A stretch of 64,000 nt of DNA from the NCBI GenBank assembly GCA_964526635.1, contig CAZGLR010000003.1:8186-72185 (forward strand), read 5' to 3'. Position numbers and translations under genes: made by a program. Source of the stretch: an uncultured Ignavibacteriales bacterium (GTDB lineage: Bacteria; Zixibacteria; MSB-5A5; GN15; JAAZOE01). Position 1 is the stretch's first letter. Each line of letters starts with the position of its first letter. A model generated the notes under the pieces. It saw only the letters and a program-made list of their open reading frames with translations, made no database searches and was not told the DNA's origin. Shown here in pieces: positions 38,414 to 47,020 of this stretch.

Positions 38414-38618
38414 AAAAATTACCGCGATTTAACGGATGCAAACGGCAAGGATATTAACCAGTTATATTCCAACATCTTATACGCGATAAACAGATTTTTC
38501 ATTTTTTGAAAAACTACTTCATTTCGAAAATATCCATTTCATTTTAAAAATTTGGCTTGATTATTCCAAAATAGTCATTTATTTTGAAATACAAATACTT
38601 CATTATGAAAGGATTTCT

Positions 38619-40250
38619 ATGCGCGCGGCTGACTTAGAACTCGATGAGTTTGTCCTTTTTCGTGACGGCAACATCGATCTTCAAGGGCGTCGGTTGGTCT
38701 TACATTCATCTCATGCCTTCGGGCAATTTCGTCGCGATATCATCGATATGCTGGGCCCAAAGAACTTGAAGCGCATCTTTTTACGATTCGGTTTTTTCTG
38801 GGGGCAGGCCGATGCCGCCGCCATGCGGGAAGCCTTTGCCTGGGATGATGTCCGGGAACATATCCGGGCCGGGGTCCGCATGATGAATCTCGAAGGACTG
38901 GCCCGAACTCTGGTTCGGCAGCTTGAATGGAATCCCGAAACGCAGGCATTTCGGATGGAAATCGAATGGCAGGGCTCATCGGAAGCCGAGGAGCATCTAT
39001 TGGAATGTGGTTGGGCAACCGAACCGAGCTGCTGGAAACTGATCGGATATGCCAGCGGCTATGTTTCGTATTGTCTTGGCAAAAACATGTATTTCAAGGA
39101 AACCACCTGCCGGGCCATGGGCGATAATAGCTGTGTGGCTATCGGGCAGGATGAAGCAAGCTGGGGTCGGGAACTCGATGGTTATCGTGAATTCTTCGAG
39201 GCCGAGGATATTATCGGGACTGTAGAACGGCTCGCGGCCGAACTGGCCGAACGAAACCGTGAGTTGGACCGTCGGCAAAGCGAGTTCGAGACCATGTCGC
39301 GCTCGATGGGGCCATACTTCATGAAATACCGGAGCCGTGCGCTGCAAAACGTGCTCCAGATGGCTGACCGGGTGGCACGCTTCAACACCTCGGTTTTGGT
39401 CACCGGTGAGAGCGGCGTCGGCAAAGAAATTCTGGCCCGGTATATTCATGAACGATCGCCGCGGGCCGGTGAACGGTTCGTGACAGTCAACTGCAGTGCG
39501 CTGCCGGAAACATTGCTGGAAAGCGAGTTGTTCGGCCATCACAGCGGGGCCTTTACCGGCGCCACCCGTGATCGCGCGGGATTGTTCGAAGAAGCGATCA
39601 ACGGCACCGTGTTTCTCGATGAAATCGGCGACATCACGCCGGCGACACAGCTTAAATTATTGCGGGTGTTGCAGGATAAGGAGATTGTCCGTATCGGGGA
39701 AAACGAACCGCGCCCGGTTGATGTACGCATTATCGCCGCGACCAACAAGGACCTGATGCAGGCGATAGCCGATGGTTCATTTCGTGATGATTTGTTATAT
39801 CGCCTGCGCGTGGTCGAGATAGAAATCCCGCCGTTGCGTAAGCGTCCCGAGGATATTATTCCGTTGGCACGGCATATTGTAAAGAACCTGGGGCAGCGTC
39901 TTGAGATGCCGAACCTGCGGCTGGATGCGCAGTGTATCGACTACTTGCAGGCCTATGACTGGCCGGGAAATGTCCGGGAACTGGAAAACGCGCTCGAACG
40001 GGCCGCAGTCTTCAGCGAAGAGGGCATAATCAAACCCGGCAACCTCCCGCCGCGAATCATGTCAGTGGACCGTCCTCATTTCGATAATCGTGACATTGTC
40101 ACGTTGTCGCTTGATGCTGTCGAACGCGAACACATTTTACGCGTACTCAAGGCCGTGTCGTGGAATAAATCCCGGGCGGCGGATGTGCTGGGGGTGAGTC
40201 CCTCGACATTATGGCGTAAAGTGAAACAATACGGCCTCGAACAAGTTTGA
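38619..40250 (+). CDS. Sigma-54-dependent activator with XylR N-terminal/V4R sensor domain
   Basis: N-terminal 'GRRLVL...EPSCWKLIGYASGY...ETTCRAMG..C'; GESGVGKE, GAFTGA, FLDEIG, WPGNVRELEN; Fis HTH. Confidence 0.95.
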   Translation: MRAADLELDEFVLFRDGNIDLQGRRLVLHSSHAFGQFRRDIIDMLGPKNLKRIFLRFGFFWGQADAAAMREAFAWDDVREHIRAGVRMMNLEGLARTLVRQLEWNPETQAFRMEIEWQGSSEAEEHLLECGWATEPSCWKLIGYASGYVSYCLGKNMYFKETTCRAMGDNSCVAIGQDEASWGRELDGYREFFEAEDIIGTVERLAAELAERNRELDRRQSEFETMSRSMGPYFMKYRSRALQNVLQMADRVARFNTSVLVTGESGVGKEILARYIHERSPRAGERFVTVNCSALPETLLESELFGHHSGAFTGATRDRAGLFEEAINGTVFLDEIGDITPATQLKLLRVLQDKEIVRIGENEPRPVDVRIIAATNKDLMQAIADGSFRDDLLYRLRVVEIEIPPLRKRPEDIIPLARHIVKNLGQRLEMPNLRLDAQCIDYLQAYDWPGNVRELENALERAAVFSEEGIIKPGNLPPRIMSVDRPHFDNRDIVTLSLDAVEREHILRVLKAVSWNKSRAADVLGVSPSTLWRKVKQYGLEQV

Positions 40251-40310
40251 GGGACGTTTGTGCAGAAGAAAGGCCTGACTTTCGGCGTAGCCGAAGCACC
40301 TGTTTACACA

Positions 40311-40344
40311 AAAACGGGATACGCTATCTGCGCATCCCGCTTTT
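40311..40344. terminator. Probable bidirectional terminator
   Basis: AAAA-CGGGATACGC / GCGCATCCCG-CTTTT between convergent genes. Confidence 0.55.
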
Positions 40345-40424
40345 GTGCTTTATTCCGGTAATCAGCCATGGCGGCTATGGCGGGGTGTTGTGGTCCTCGT
40401 ATCATAGCTGCAAGCGCCAATAAT

Positions 40425-40970
40425 TTAGTAACCGGATTTATCATCGTCCGTTTTTCCCTTGTGCATGTCCTTGTGCATGTCCTTGTGCATGGTCATCATC
40501 TCTGAGGATTGGATTTCGCCGTTGGAGGCGACCATCAGTTTGTGCATCTGACCGTCCTGATTTTTTATTTTGACTTCATAATGCACCATCTTGCCATGCA
40601 TAATACGGTCCGCTTCTTTGATGTCGGCGCCTTTGTGTTTGGCCATGATCGCATTGGTGACTTTTTCCGGCAATGATTTGACGGCCATATCGGCCTCGAT
40701 ATATTTGAGGGTGCCATCGGGCTTATACACATATTCCCGTTCGGTACCGACTTCCATAATCTCGATGACATAGCATTCTTCGCCATCGATCATTTCCCGG
40801 CTGTATTCTTTCACCTCATGATCGGGATAATGCATTTCAAAATTCGCGAGAACCGGCTGAGGGACTTCGGAGCGCTTGATCATGTATTCATCTTTTTCAT
40901 GACTCTCGGCGACGGCCACGCCGGCAAAAAGCAGCAGGGCTATGGCCAAAAGTGATATATAGAGTTTCAT
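40425..40970 (-). CDS. Secreted PepSY-like (BLIP-like) tandem-domain protein with His/Met-rich tail
   Basis: RBS GGAGGAG; signal peptide; two 'xxPxxVxxxxxxxxx...YxIxI...xxxxxxxxG' repeats; MHKD-MHKD-MHKG tail. Confidence 0.75.
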   Translation of the reverse strand: MKLYISLLAIALLLFAGVAVAESHEKDEYMIKRSEVPQPVLANFEMHYPDHEVKEYSREMIDGEECYVIEIMEVGTEREYVYKPDGTLKYIEADMAVKSLPEKVTNAIMAKHKGADIKEADRIMHGKMVHYEVKIKNQDGQMHKLMVASNGEIQSSEMMTMHKDMHKDMHKGKTDDDKSGY

Positions 40971-41152
40971 ATTCTCCTCCTGAGATTTGAGATACAGATT
41001 TCCTGTTATAATCAACGGGTAGATATTGAGATAGCTGAATGCTTCTCGGGATGTGCCTCGTAGAATATACGAAGTAAACGGCTATTTCGCAGGATTCAAT
41101 TAATTTTGCCGTTTTTTGGAGGGAAAGACCGTATAACATTGAAAGCATATTG

Positions 41153-41166
41153 ACCGACTGGTCGGT
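41153..41166. promoter_or_regulatory. Palindromic TetR operator candidate
   Basis: ACCGAC-TG-GTCGGT, overlapping a TTGACC -35-like hexamer just upstream of tetR. Confidence 0.65.
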
Positions 41167-41184
41167 ATTGGATATATTGAAGTT

Positions 41185-41805
41185 ATGACACCCAAAAGAG
41201 TAGATAAAGATATCAAGCGCCGCGACATTATGGAAGCCGCACTCAACGTATTCTCCCAAAAGGGTTTGAATAATTTTAAAATGATTGAAGTCGCCGAAGC
41301 CGCCGGCGTCGGCAAGGGGACCCTGTATGAATATTTTGCCTCCAAAGACGAGTTAATTCAGGCTTGTTTTGAAGCGATCATGGATGAATGGGAGGGGTTT
41401 GTCCGGAGCAGAATGGGTTCAGAAACCGATAGTGAATTATTGATACGTACCATTATAACAACCACCTTCGAGTTCTTCACGGCTGAGCGAAAACGGTTGG
41501 AAGTTATGTACGATTTTTTCGCCCTCAGTGTACCCCGTGGTGAAGACAGCACCTCGATGCTGAAAGTTCAACCCCTGTATCAGCGGTTACTGGCCGATAT
41601 TACCGAAATCATAAAGGCGGGAATCGAAGCGGGCCGTTTTCGACCGGTTGAGCCATCGCTGGCGGCATCGATGATTATGGCCCTGATCGATGGCCTTTTT
41701 CTGCAGGTCGCGCTGGGCGTGATCAAGCTCGATGACAACGGTTTCGAAGAGCGTATCGCGGATCTCGCTTTGTGCGGACTGATAGTGCGAGGAAACACCT
41801 TATGA
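41185..41805 (+). CDS. TetR/AcrR family regulator
   Basis: AALNVFSQKG...VAEAAGVGKGTLYEYFASKDEL. Confidence 0.93.
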   Translation: MTPKRVDKDIKRRDIMEAALNVFSQKGLNNFKMIEVAEAAGVGKGTLYEYFASKDELIQACFEAIMDEWEGFVRSRMGSETDSELLIRTIITTTFEFFTAERKRLEVMYDFFALSVPRGEDSTSMLKVQPLYQRLLADITEIIKAGIEAGRFRPVEPSLAASMIMALIDGLFLQVALGVIKLDDNGFEERIADLALCGLIVRGNTL

Positions 41806-41811
41806 TGGGAG

Positions 41812-42579
41812 ATGATGCTTACTATGTATAAATCTGTGCTGATGCTGCTTCTTGTGGTTTTGGTGGTACCAATATGGGCACAATCGGATGATGCTATCAA
41901 TGTCGATTCACTGGTTCATGAGGTTGACCGTCTGTATCGGGCACAGTCATCCTATGCCGAAATCGAGATGGAAATTATTACACCGCACTGGGAACGGACC
42001 CTCAGGATGAAAGCGTGGTCACAGGGAATGGACAAGACTTTTATTCGCATCACCGCTCCGGCCCGGGAGGAAGGGATGGGCACTTTGCGGATTGAAGATG
42101 AAATGTGGAATTATCTGCCCAAAGCCAATAAAGTAATCAAGATTCCACCGTCGATGATGATGGGTTCATGGATGGGATCGGATTTCACCAACGATGATCT
42201 CGTCCGGGAGTTTTCGTTATTCGATGATTACACCTATGAGTTAATCGAACCAGATTCGGGTGACGAACATCTGCATTACATTAATCTGGTCCCGCACGAG
42301 GACCTGCCGGTGGTCTGGGGGAATATCGTAGTTGGCGCAACCAAAGATGAAATACTTCCGGTCTGGCAGAAGTACTATGATGAAAGGGGCGATTTGATGC
42401 GGGTGCTGTATTACTATGATGTCAGAGAAATGGGTGGTCGCCGTCTGCCGACTGTCCTGGAGATGGTCCCGCAAAATGAAGAAGGAGACAAAACAATTAT
42501 TCGCTATCTCGATTTGAATTTCAATGTTGAACCTGATCCGGAGACGTTCAGCCTTCGGAATCTCCGTTCGCCTGAATAA
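41812..42579 (+). CDS. Outer-membrane lipoprotein-sorting (LolA-like) protein
   Basis: Signal peptide; 'MWNYLPK...SWMGSDFTNDDL', 'FSLRNL'. Confidence 0.85.
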   Translation: MMLTMYKSVLMLLLVVLVVPIWAQSDDAINVDSLVHEVDRLYRAQSSYAEIEMEIITPHWERTLRMKAWSQGMDKTFIRITAPAREEGMGTLRIEDEMWNYLPKANKVIKIPPSMMMGSWMGSDFTNDDLVREFSLFDDYTYELIEPDSGDEHLHYINLVPHEDLPVVWGNIVVGATKDEILPVWQKYYDERGDLMRVLYYYDVREMGGRRLPTVLEMVPQNEEGDKTIIRYLDLNFNVEPDPETFSLRNLRSPE

Positions 42580-42591
42580 ACTGCTGCTTAC

Positions 42592-43806
42592 ATGACAACG
42601 CTTAAGATCGCATACAGGAATATATATCGCCAGAAACGCCGGACGATCCTGACCGTGCTGACTATGATGGGCGGTTTTGTGCTGGCCTCGATATCCATCG
42701 CGTGGTCAGATGGCGTCTACAGTTCGGTGATCGACCTCTTTACCCGCAATAAGCTGGGACATATTCAGATTCATGGCGAAGGATATCTCGACAAGCCAAC
42801 CCTTTATAATACCATATCTGGGTATGAAGAAATTGGCGATACTATCGCGGCGATGGACGCCGTGGTCAACTGGGCGCCGCGCATTTATTCGGCCGGGTTG
42901 GCCTCGGTCGGAGACAACAGCGCCGGCGTGCGCCTGATGGGAATCGATCCGCAGCGGGAAGCTGCGACGACATCATTTGACAAAAAGCTGGTCGCGGGCA
43001 AGCTGTTTGGCGACACGACCATCAATGAGGCGATACTGGGCACCGCGCTGGCCAAAGCGCTGGAAGCCCAAGTCGGCGATGAACTGGTCATCTTGTCGCA
43101 GGGAGCCGATGGCTCTATTGCCAATGATATTTACACAATTGTGGGATTGGTCAAAACCGACGATGTCATCGACGACCGCAACACGGTCTATCTGACTATG
43201 ACCGAGGCTCAGGAGCTGCTGGTTTTGCACAACCAATCGCATGAGATCGCGATTGTCATCGATAACCTGCATCGGGTCCGCCGAACCGCCGATGCGATCC
43301 AGAAAAAGCTCGATCGCCCCGAGCTGGCCGTGGCACCCTGGCAGGAATTTGCCCGGCAGTTTTATCAGGCGATGCAGGTGGACCGTCAGGGCACCTGGGT
43401 TTCGCTGTTTATTATTCTGCTGATTGTCGCGGTCGGGGTTTTCAATACGATTTTGATGACAGTACTGGAACGGACTCGCGAGTATGGCGTCCTGCGGGCA
43501 ATCGGAGTGCGTCCCGGTCAGGTTTCTCGACTGGTCTTTTATGAGGTTGCGGTCATGGCCGTTCTTTCGGCTATCATCGGAACGGTCGTTGCGCTGGGGT
43601 GCAACTATTATCTTTCGATTGAGGGTCTCAACATCGGCGAATTTTCCTATGGCGGCGTCACGTTTTCAAATCTATATAGCGAAATAAACTTTCACAGCTA
43701 CTGGATACCCGGCATCACAGTGTTTGTATCGGCGCTGCTGGTAAGTATTTTCCCAGCCTTGCGGGCGGCCCGTACCGCCCCGGCCAGAGCGATGCGGATG
43801 CATTGA
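42592..43806 (+). CDS. ABC transporter permease (LolC/E, FtsX-MacB type)
   Basis: AYRNIYRQKRRT...NTILMTVLERTREYGVLRAIG...PALRAA. Confidence 0.9.
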   Translation: MTTLKIAYRNIYRQKRRTILTVLTMMGGFVLASISIAWSDGVYSSVIDLFTRNKLGHIQIHGEGYLDKPTLYNTISGYEEIGDTIAAMDAVVNWAPRIYSAGLASVGDNSAGVRLMGIDPQREAATTSFDKKLVAGKLFGDTTINEAILGTALAKALEAQVGDELVILSQGADGSIANDIYTIVGLVKTDDVIDDRNTVYLTMTEAQELLVLHNQSHEIAIVIDNLHRVRRTADAIQKKLDRPELAVAPWQEFARQFYQAMQVDRQGTWVSLFIILLIVAVGVFNTILMTVLERTREYGVLRAIGVRPGQVSRLVFYEVAVMAVLSAIIGTVVALGCNYYLSIEGLNIGEFSYGGVTFSNLYSEINFHSYWIPGITVFVSALLVSIFPALRAARTAPARAMRMH

Positions 43807-43816
43807 GGCGATTATC

Positions 43817-45049
43817 ATGACCCTGGGATTGTTCGCAAAACTTGCCTGGAGAAATGTCCTTCGTAACAAACGGCGTACACTGATTGCCGGAATAGCGGTT
43901 GCACTGGGACTGGCGGCGCTGATGTTTGTCGACGCCCTGCAAATCGCCATGAAGGAAAACATGATCGATGTCGCGACATCATCGTTTCTGGGCGAGGGGC
44001 AGATCGCTCATGGAGACTTTCGGCAAGCGCAGGAGATCAGACAGACAATACAGCATCATGAGGAAATCATATCTCGGCTGAAAGATGATGCGCGGGTGAA
44101 GAGTTTTACACCACGGGTACTTTCATTTGCCATGTTGGCGTCGCCATCGAATGTCGGGTCGGTGCAGATGGTCGGGATTCAGCCCTCGACCGAACAGTAT
44201 ATCTCACAAATCGATGATAATATTATCGCCGGTAAATATTTCGCCGGTGATGACAGCCATGATATCGTCATCGGCGCCAAACTGGCTGAACTTCTTGAAG
44301 TCGAGGTTGGTGATCGCGTAGTGATGACAGCCGCCGAAGCCTACAGCGGCCGATTGGCCCAGGAGTTGTACCGGGTTTCCGGAATCTTCCGTTTTGGTAT
44401 GCCGGAACTGGATCGATATATGGCCTTTGTGCGTATTTCGCAGGCGCAGGAAATGCTGAATCTCGATAATGAAGTCCACCAGATCGCGCTGAATTTTTAT
44501 AACCGCGATCTCGGGCAATATCGTGACGCGCTGTTCTGGCAGGAATACGATGGCCGGGGCAACGAAGCAGTCGGCTGGGTCGATCTGGTGCCGCAACTGG
44601 AGCGGGTGTTTCAACTATCCCGGGTAGCACGAATTATTATCACAGTTATTCTCTTCGGAGTAGTCGCCCTCGGAATTGTCAATACCCTGTTCATGTCATT
44701 GTATGAGCGTATGTTTGAATTCGGCGTGCTGCGGGCGGTCGGAACAAGACCATATGCCATGGCCCGCCTTATCATGCTGGAGGCGGCCGCCCTGGCGGTT
44801 ATATCGATTATCCTGGGATGTCTTTTCGGAGCGCTCACGCTCGGCATTACATCACTTACCGGTATCGATTTCACGGGCATTGAATATGAGGGCGTCACCT
44901 TTACCAAAATGCTCTATCCGGTCTGGCATATTCAGCAATTTACCTTGTATCCGCTGGGATTTTTACTTTTCACCGCACTGGTGGCGTTGTACCCCGCGAT
45001 CTATGCCGCCCGGCTGACACCGGTGAAAGCAATGCGAAAATCAATTTGA
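43817..45049 (+). CDS. ABC transporter permease (LolC/E, FtsX-MacB type)
   Basis: AWRNVLRNKRRT...NTLFMSLYERMFEFGVLRAVG...PAIYAA. Confidence 0.9.
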   Translation: MTLGLFAKLAWRNVLRNKRRTLIAGIAVALGLAALMFVDALQIAMKENMIDVATSSFLGEGQIAHGDFRQAQEIRQTIQHHEEIISRLKDDARVKSFTPRVLSFAMLASPSNVGSVQMVGIQPSTEQYISQIDDNIIAGKYFAGDDSHDIVIGAKLAELLEVEVGDRVVMTAAEAYSGRLAQELYRVSGIFRFGMPELDRYMAFVRISQAQEMLNLDNEVHQIALNFYNRDLGQYRDALFWQEYDGRGNEAVGWVDLVPQLERVFQLSRVARIIITVILFGVVALGIVNTLFMSLYERMFEFGVLRAVGTRPYAMARLIMLEAAALAVISIILGCLFGALTLGITSLTGIDFTGIEYEGVTFTKMLYPVWHIQQFTLYPLGFLLFTALVALYPAIYAARLTPVKAMRKSI

Positions 45050-45059
45050 GGTTTTGAAA

Positions 45060-45758
45060 ATGGCGACTGACACTCCTGTCATCGAAGCAAAAAATGTAGT
45101 CAAAACCTATAGTGACAACGGCATTCCGGTCAAAGCAGTACGTGGCGTCGATATGGTTATCACCCACGGTGAGTTTACCGCCCTGGTGGGGCCATCGGGT
45201 TCGGGAAAAACTACCCTGCTGAATGTCGTCTCCGGGCTGGATGATGTTACCTCCGGGCAGGTGTTGCTCGATGGCCGCGATCTCTCGGACATGAGCGGAC
45301 GGGAGTTGTCCGATTTCCGCCGCGATAAAGTCGGTTTTATTTTCCAGGCCTACAATCTTATTCCGGTCCTGACCGTTGAAGAAAATGTCGAATACATCAT
45401 GCTGCTGCAGGGTGTGGCTAAAAAAGAACGGCACGATCGGGTGATGGCCATGCTGGAACGGGTCGGCCTGCAGGAGTATGTTGATCGGATGCCCCCGAAA
45501 TTATCGGGCGGGCAACAGCAGCGGGTGGCTATCGCCCGGGCTATGGTTGCCAAACCGGCCCTGGTGCTGGCCGATGAACCGACCGCCAACCTTGATTCGA
45601 AAACAGGCAGCGATCTTCTCGATTTGATGCGCGAACTGAATGAATCAACCGGAATGACCTTCGTGTTTTCGACGCACGATCAGATGATCATGGAGCGGGC
45701 ATCGCGATTGATAACGCTCAAAGACGGCAAAATTGAAAGTGATCAAATGCGAAAGTAG
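45060..45758 (+). CDS. ABC transporter ATP-binding protein (LolD-like)
   Basis: GPSGSGKT, LSGGQQQR, LADEPT, STHD. Confidence 0.95.
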   Translation: MATDTPVIEAKNVVKTYSDNGIPVKAVRGVDMVITHGEFTALVGPSGSGKTTLLNVVSGLDDVTSGQVLLDGRDLSDMSGRELSDFRRDKVGFIFQAYNLIPVLTVEENVEYIMLLQGVAKKERHDRVMAMLERVGLQEYVDRMPPKLSGGQQQRVAIARAMVAKPALVLADEPTANLDSKTGSDLLDLMRELNESTGMTFVFSTHDQMIMERASRLITLKDGKIESDQMRK

Positions 45759-45766
45759 CAAATATC

Positions 45767-47020
45767 ATGGACGGGAAATTTAATACGATATTTCTTCTTT
45801 TGATAATTGCGCTGACGGCGGTAACGGTTCTGCCGGCATACGCCGAAAATTTATCAGTCGGCGGTTATGTTAAGTCATTCGCCGTCGTCTATGAATTTCC
45901 CGACTTCAGACTGGCTCAGGTCGGTGTTGATACGCCGCCGATCGGTTCGGTATCGAACAGGCTGCGGCTTACCTCGCGGTGGAAAGCCATGGAGTGGGTT
46001 GCTATTTCAGCGGCCTGGGATATGGAACCGCGCATTCAAGACCCGGCTTTGTTTTTTGCGGATGAAATCCCCGAATCAGCGGTCGGCCAAACCTATCGTT
46101 TCGATGATTTTGATCGCCGGATATACCCTGCTATGGATGACAGAGCCGGTTCTTTCGGTTTGTATCATAATCTCGACCGGCTGCAGATAGATTTACGCCT
46201 GGGGCCATTCGATGTCATCGGGGGCCGTCAGGCAATCGCCTGGGGATCATCGCGGATTATCAATCCAACTGACGTCCTGGCGCCATTTGCCTTTCAAGCC
46301 CTTGATACTGAAGACCGGATCGGAGTCGATGCGGTGCGAATCCGCTATCCGCTTGGCTTTATGAGTGAAATCGATGCCGGCATGGTGGCGGGAAAAGACA
46401 GTGAGCCGAAACACAGCGCGGCCTATCTCCGTTATAAAACATATGTACTTCAAACTGATGTGAGTGCGCTGGTCATGGCGTTCCGCGAGCATTTTATGGT
46501 CGGATTTGACTTCACGCGCTCGATCGGCGGAGCCGGAAGCTGGCTGGAGATGGCAATCGTCTGGCCGGATCGCCTGCAACCGGATAAAGATCAGCGTGGC
46601 GACAGCTACTGGCGGCTGTCGCTGGGCGCCGATTATAGTCTGGCGTCCAACACTTATGGCTTTATCGAATATCATTTTAACCAACCGGGCGGCTCCGATC
46701 CGGCGGACTATACGGACATCGTCTTTGGCATGCCCTATCGTGATGGCGCCGTGTATCTACTGGGTGAGCATTACCTGATTCCGGGAGTGCGACAACAGAT
46801 TATGCCGCTGCTGAACGCCAACAGCGAGATTTTGTGGAATCTGAGTGATGCCTCGGCCTTCGTGGCGCTGACTGTAGAGTACAATCTGGCCGAAAATGTG
46901 TATCTGTCCGGCGGCGGTTTTGTGGGCCTGGGGCCGGGTCCGAGCAGTGAACTGGATCTGGAATCGGAATTCGGATCGTATCCGGATATCTTCTGGTTTT
47001 CGTACCGGTTTTATTTTTAG
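45767..47020 (+). CDS. Putative outer-membrane beta-barrel protein
   Basis: Signal peptide, 'GRQAIAWG...NPTD', amphipathic strands, C-terminal YRFYF. Confidence 0.7.
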   Translation: MDGKFNTIFLLLIIALTAVTVLPAYAENLSVGGYVKSFAVVYEFPDFRLAQVGVDTPPIGSVSNRLRLTSRWKAMEWVAISAAWDMEPRIQDPALFFADEIPESAVGQTYRFDDFDRRIYPAMDDRAGSFGLYHNLDRLQIDLRLGPFDVIGGRQAIAWGSSRIINPTDVLAPFAFQALDTEDRIGVDAVRIRYPLGFMSEIDAGMVAGKDSEPKHSAAYLRYKTYVLQTDVSALVMAFREHFMVGFDFTRSIGGAGSWLEMAIVWPDRLQPDKDQRGDSYWRLSLGADYSLASNTYGFIEYHFNQPGGSDPADYTDIVFGMPYRDGAVYLLGEHYLIPGVRQQIMPLLNANSEILWNLSDASAFVALTVEYNLAENVYLSGGGFVGLGPGPSSELDLESEFGSYPDIFWFSYRFYF

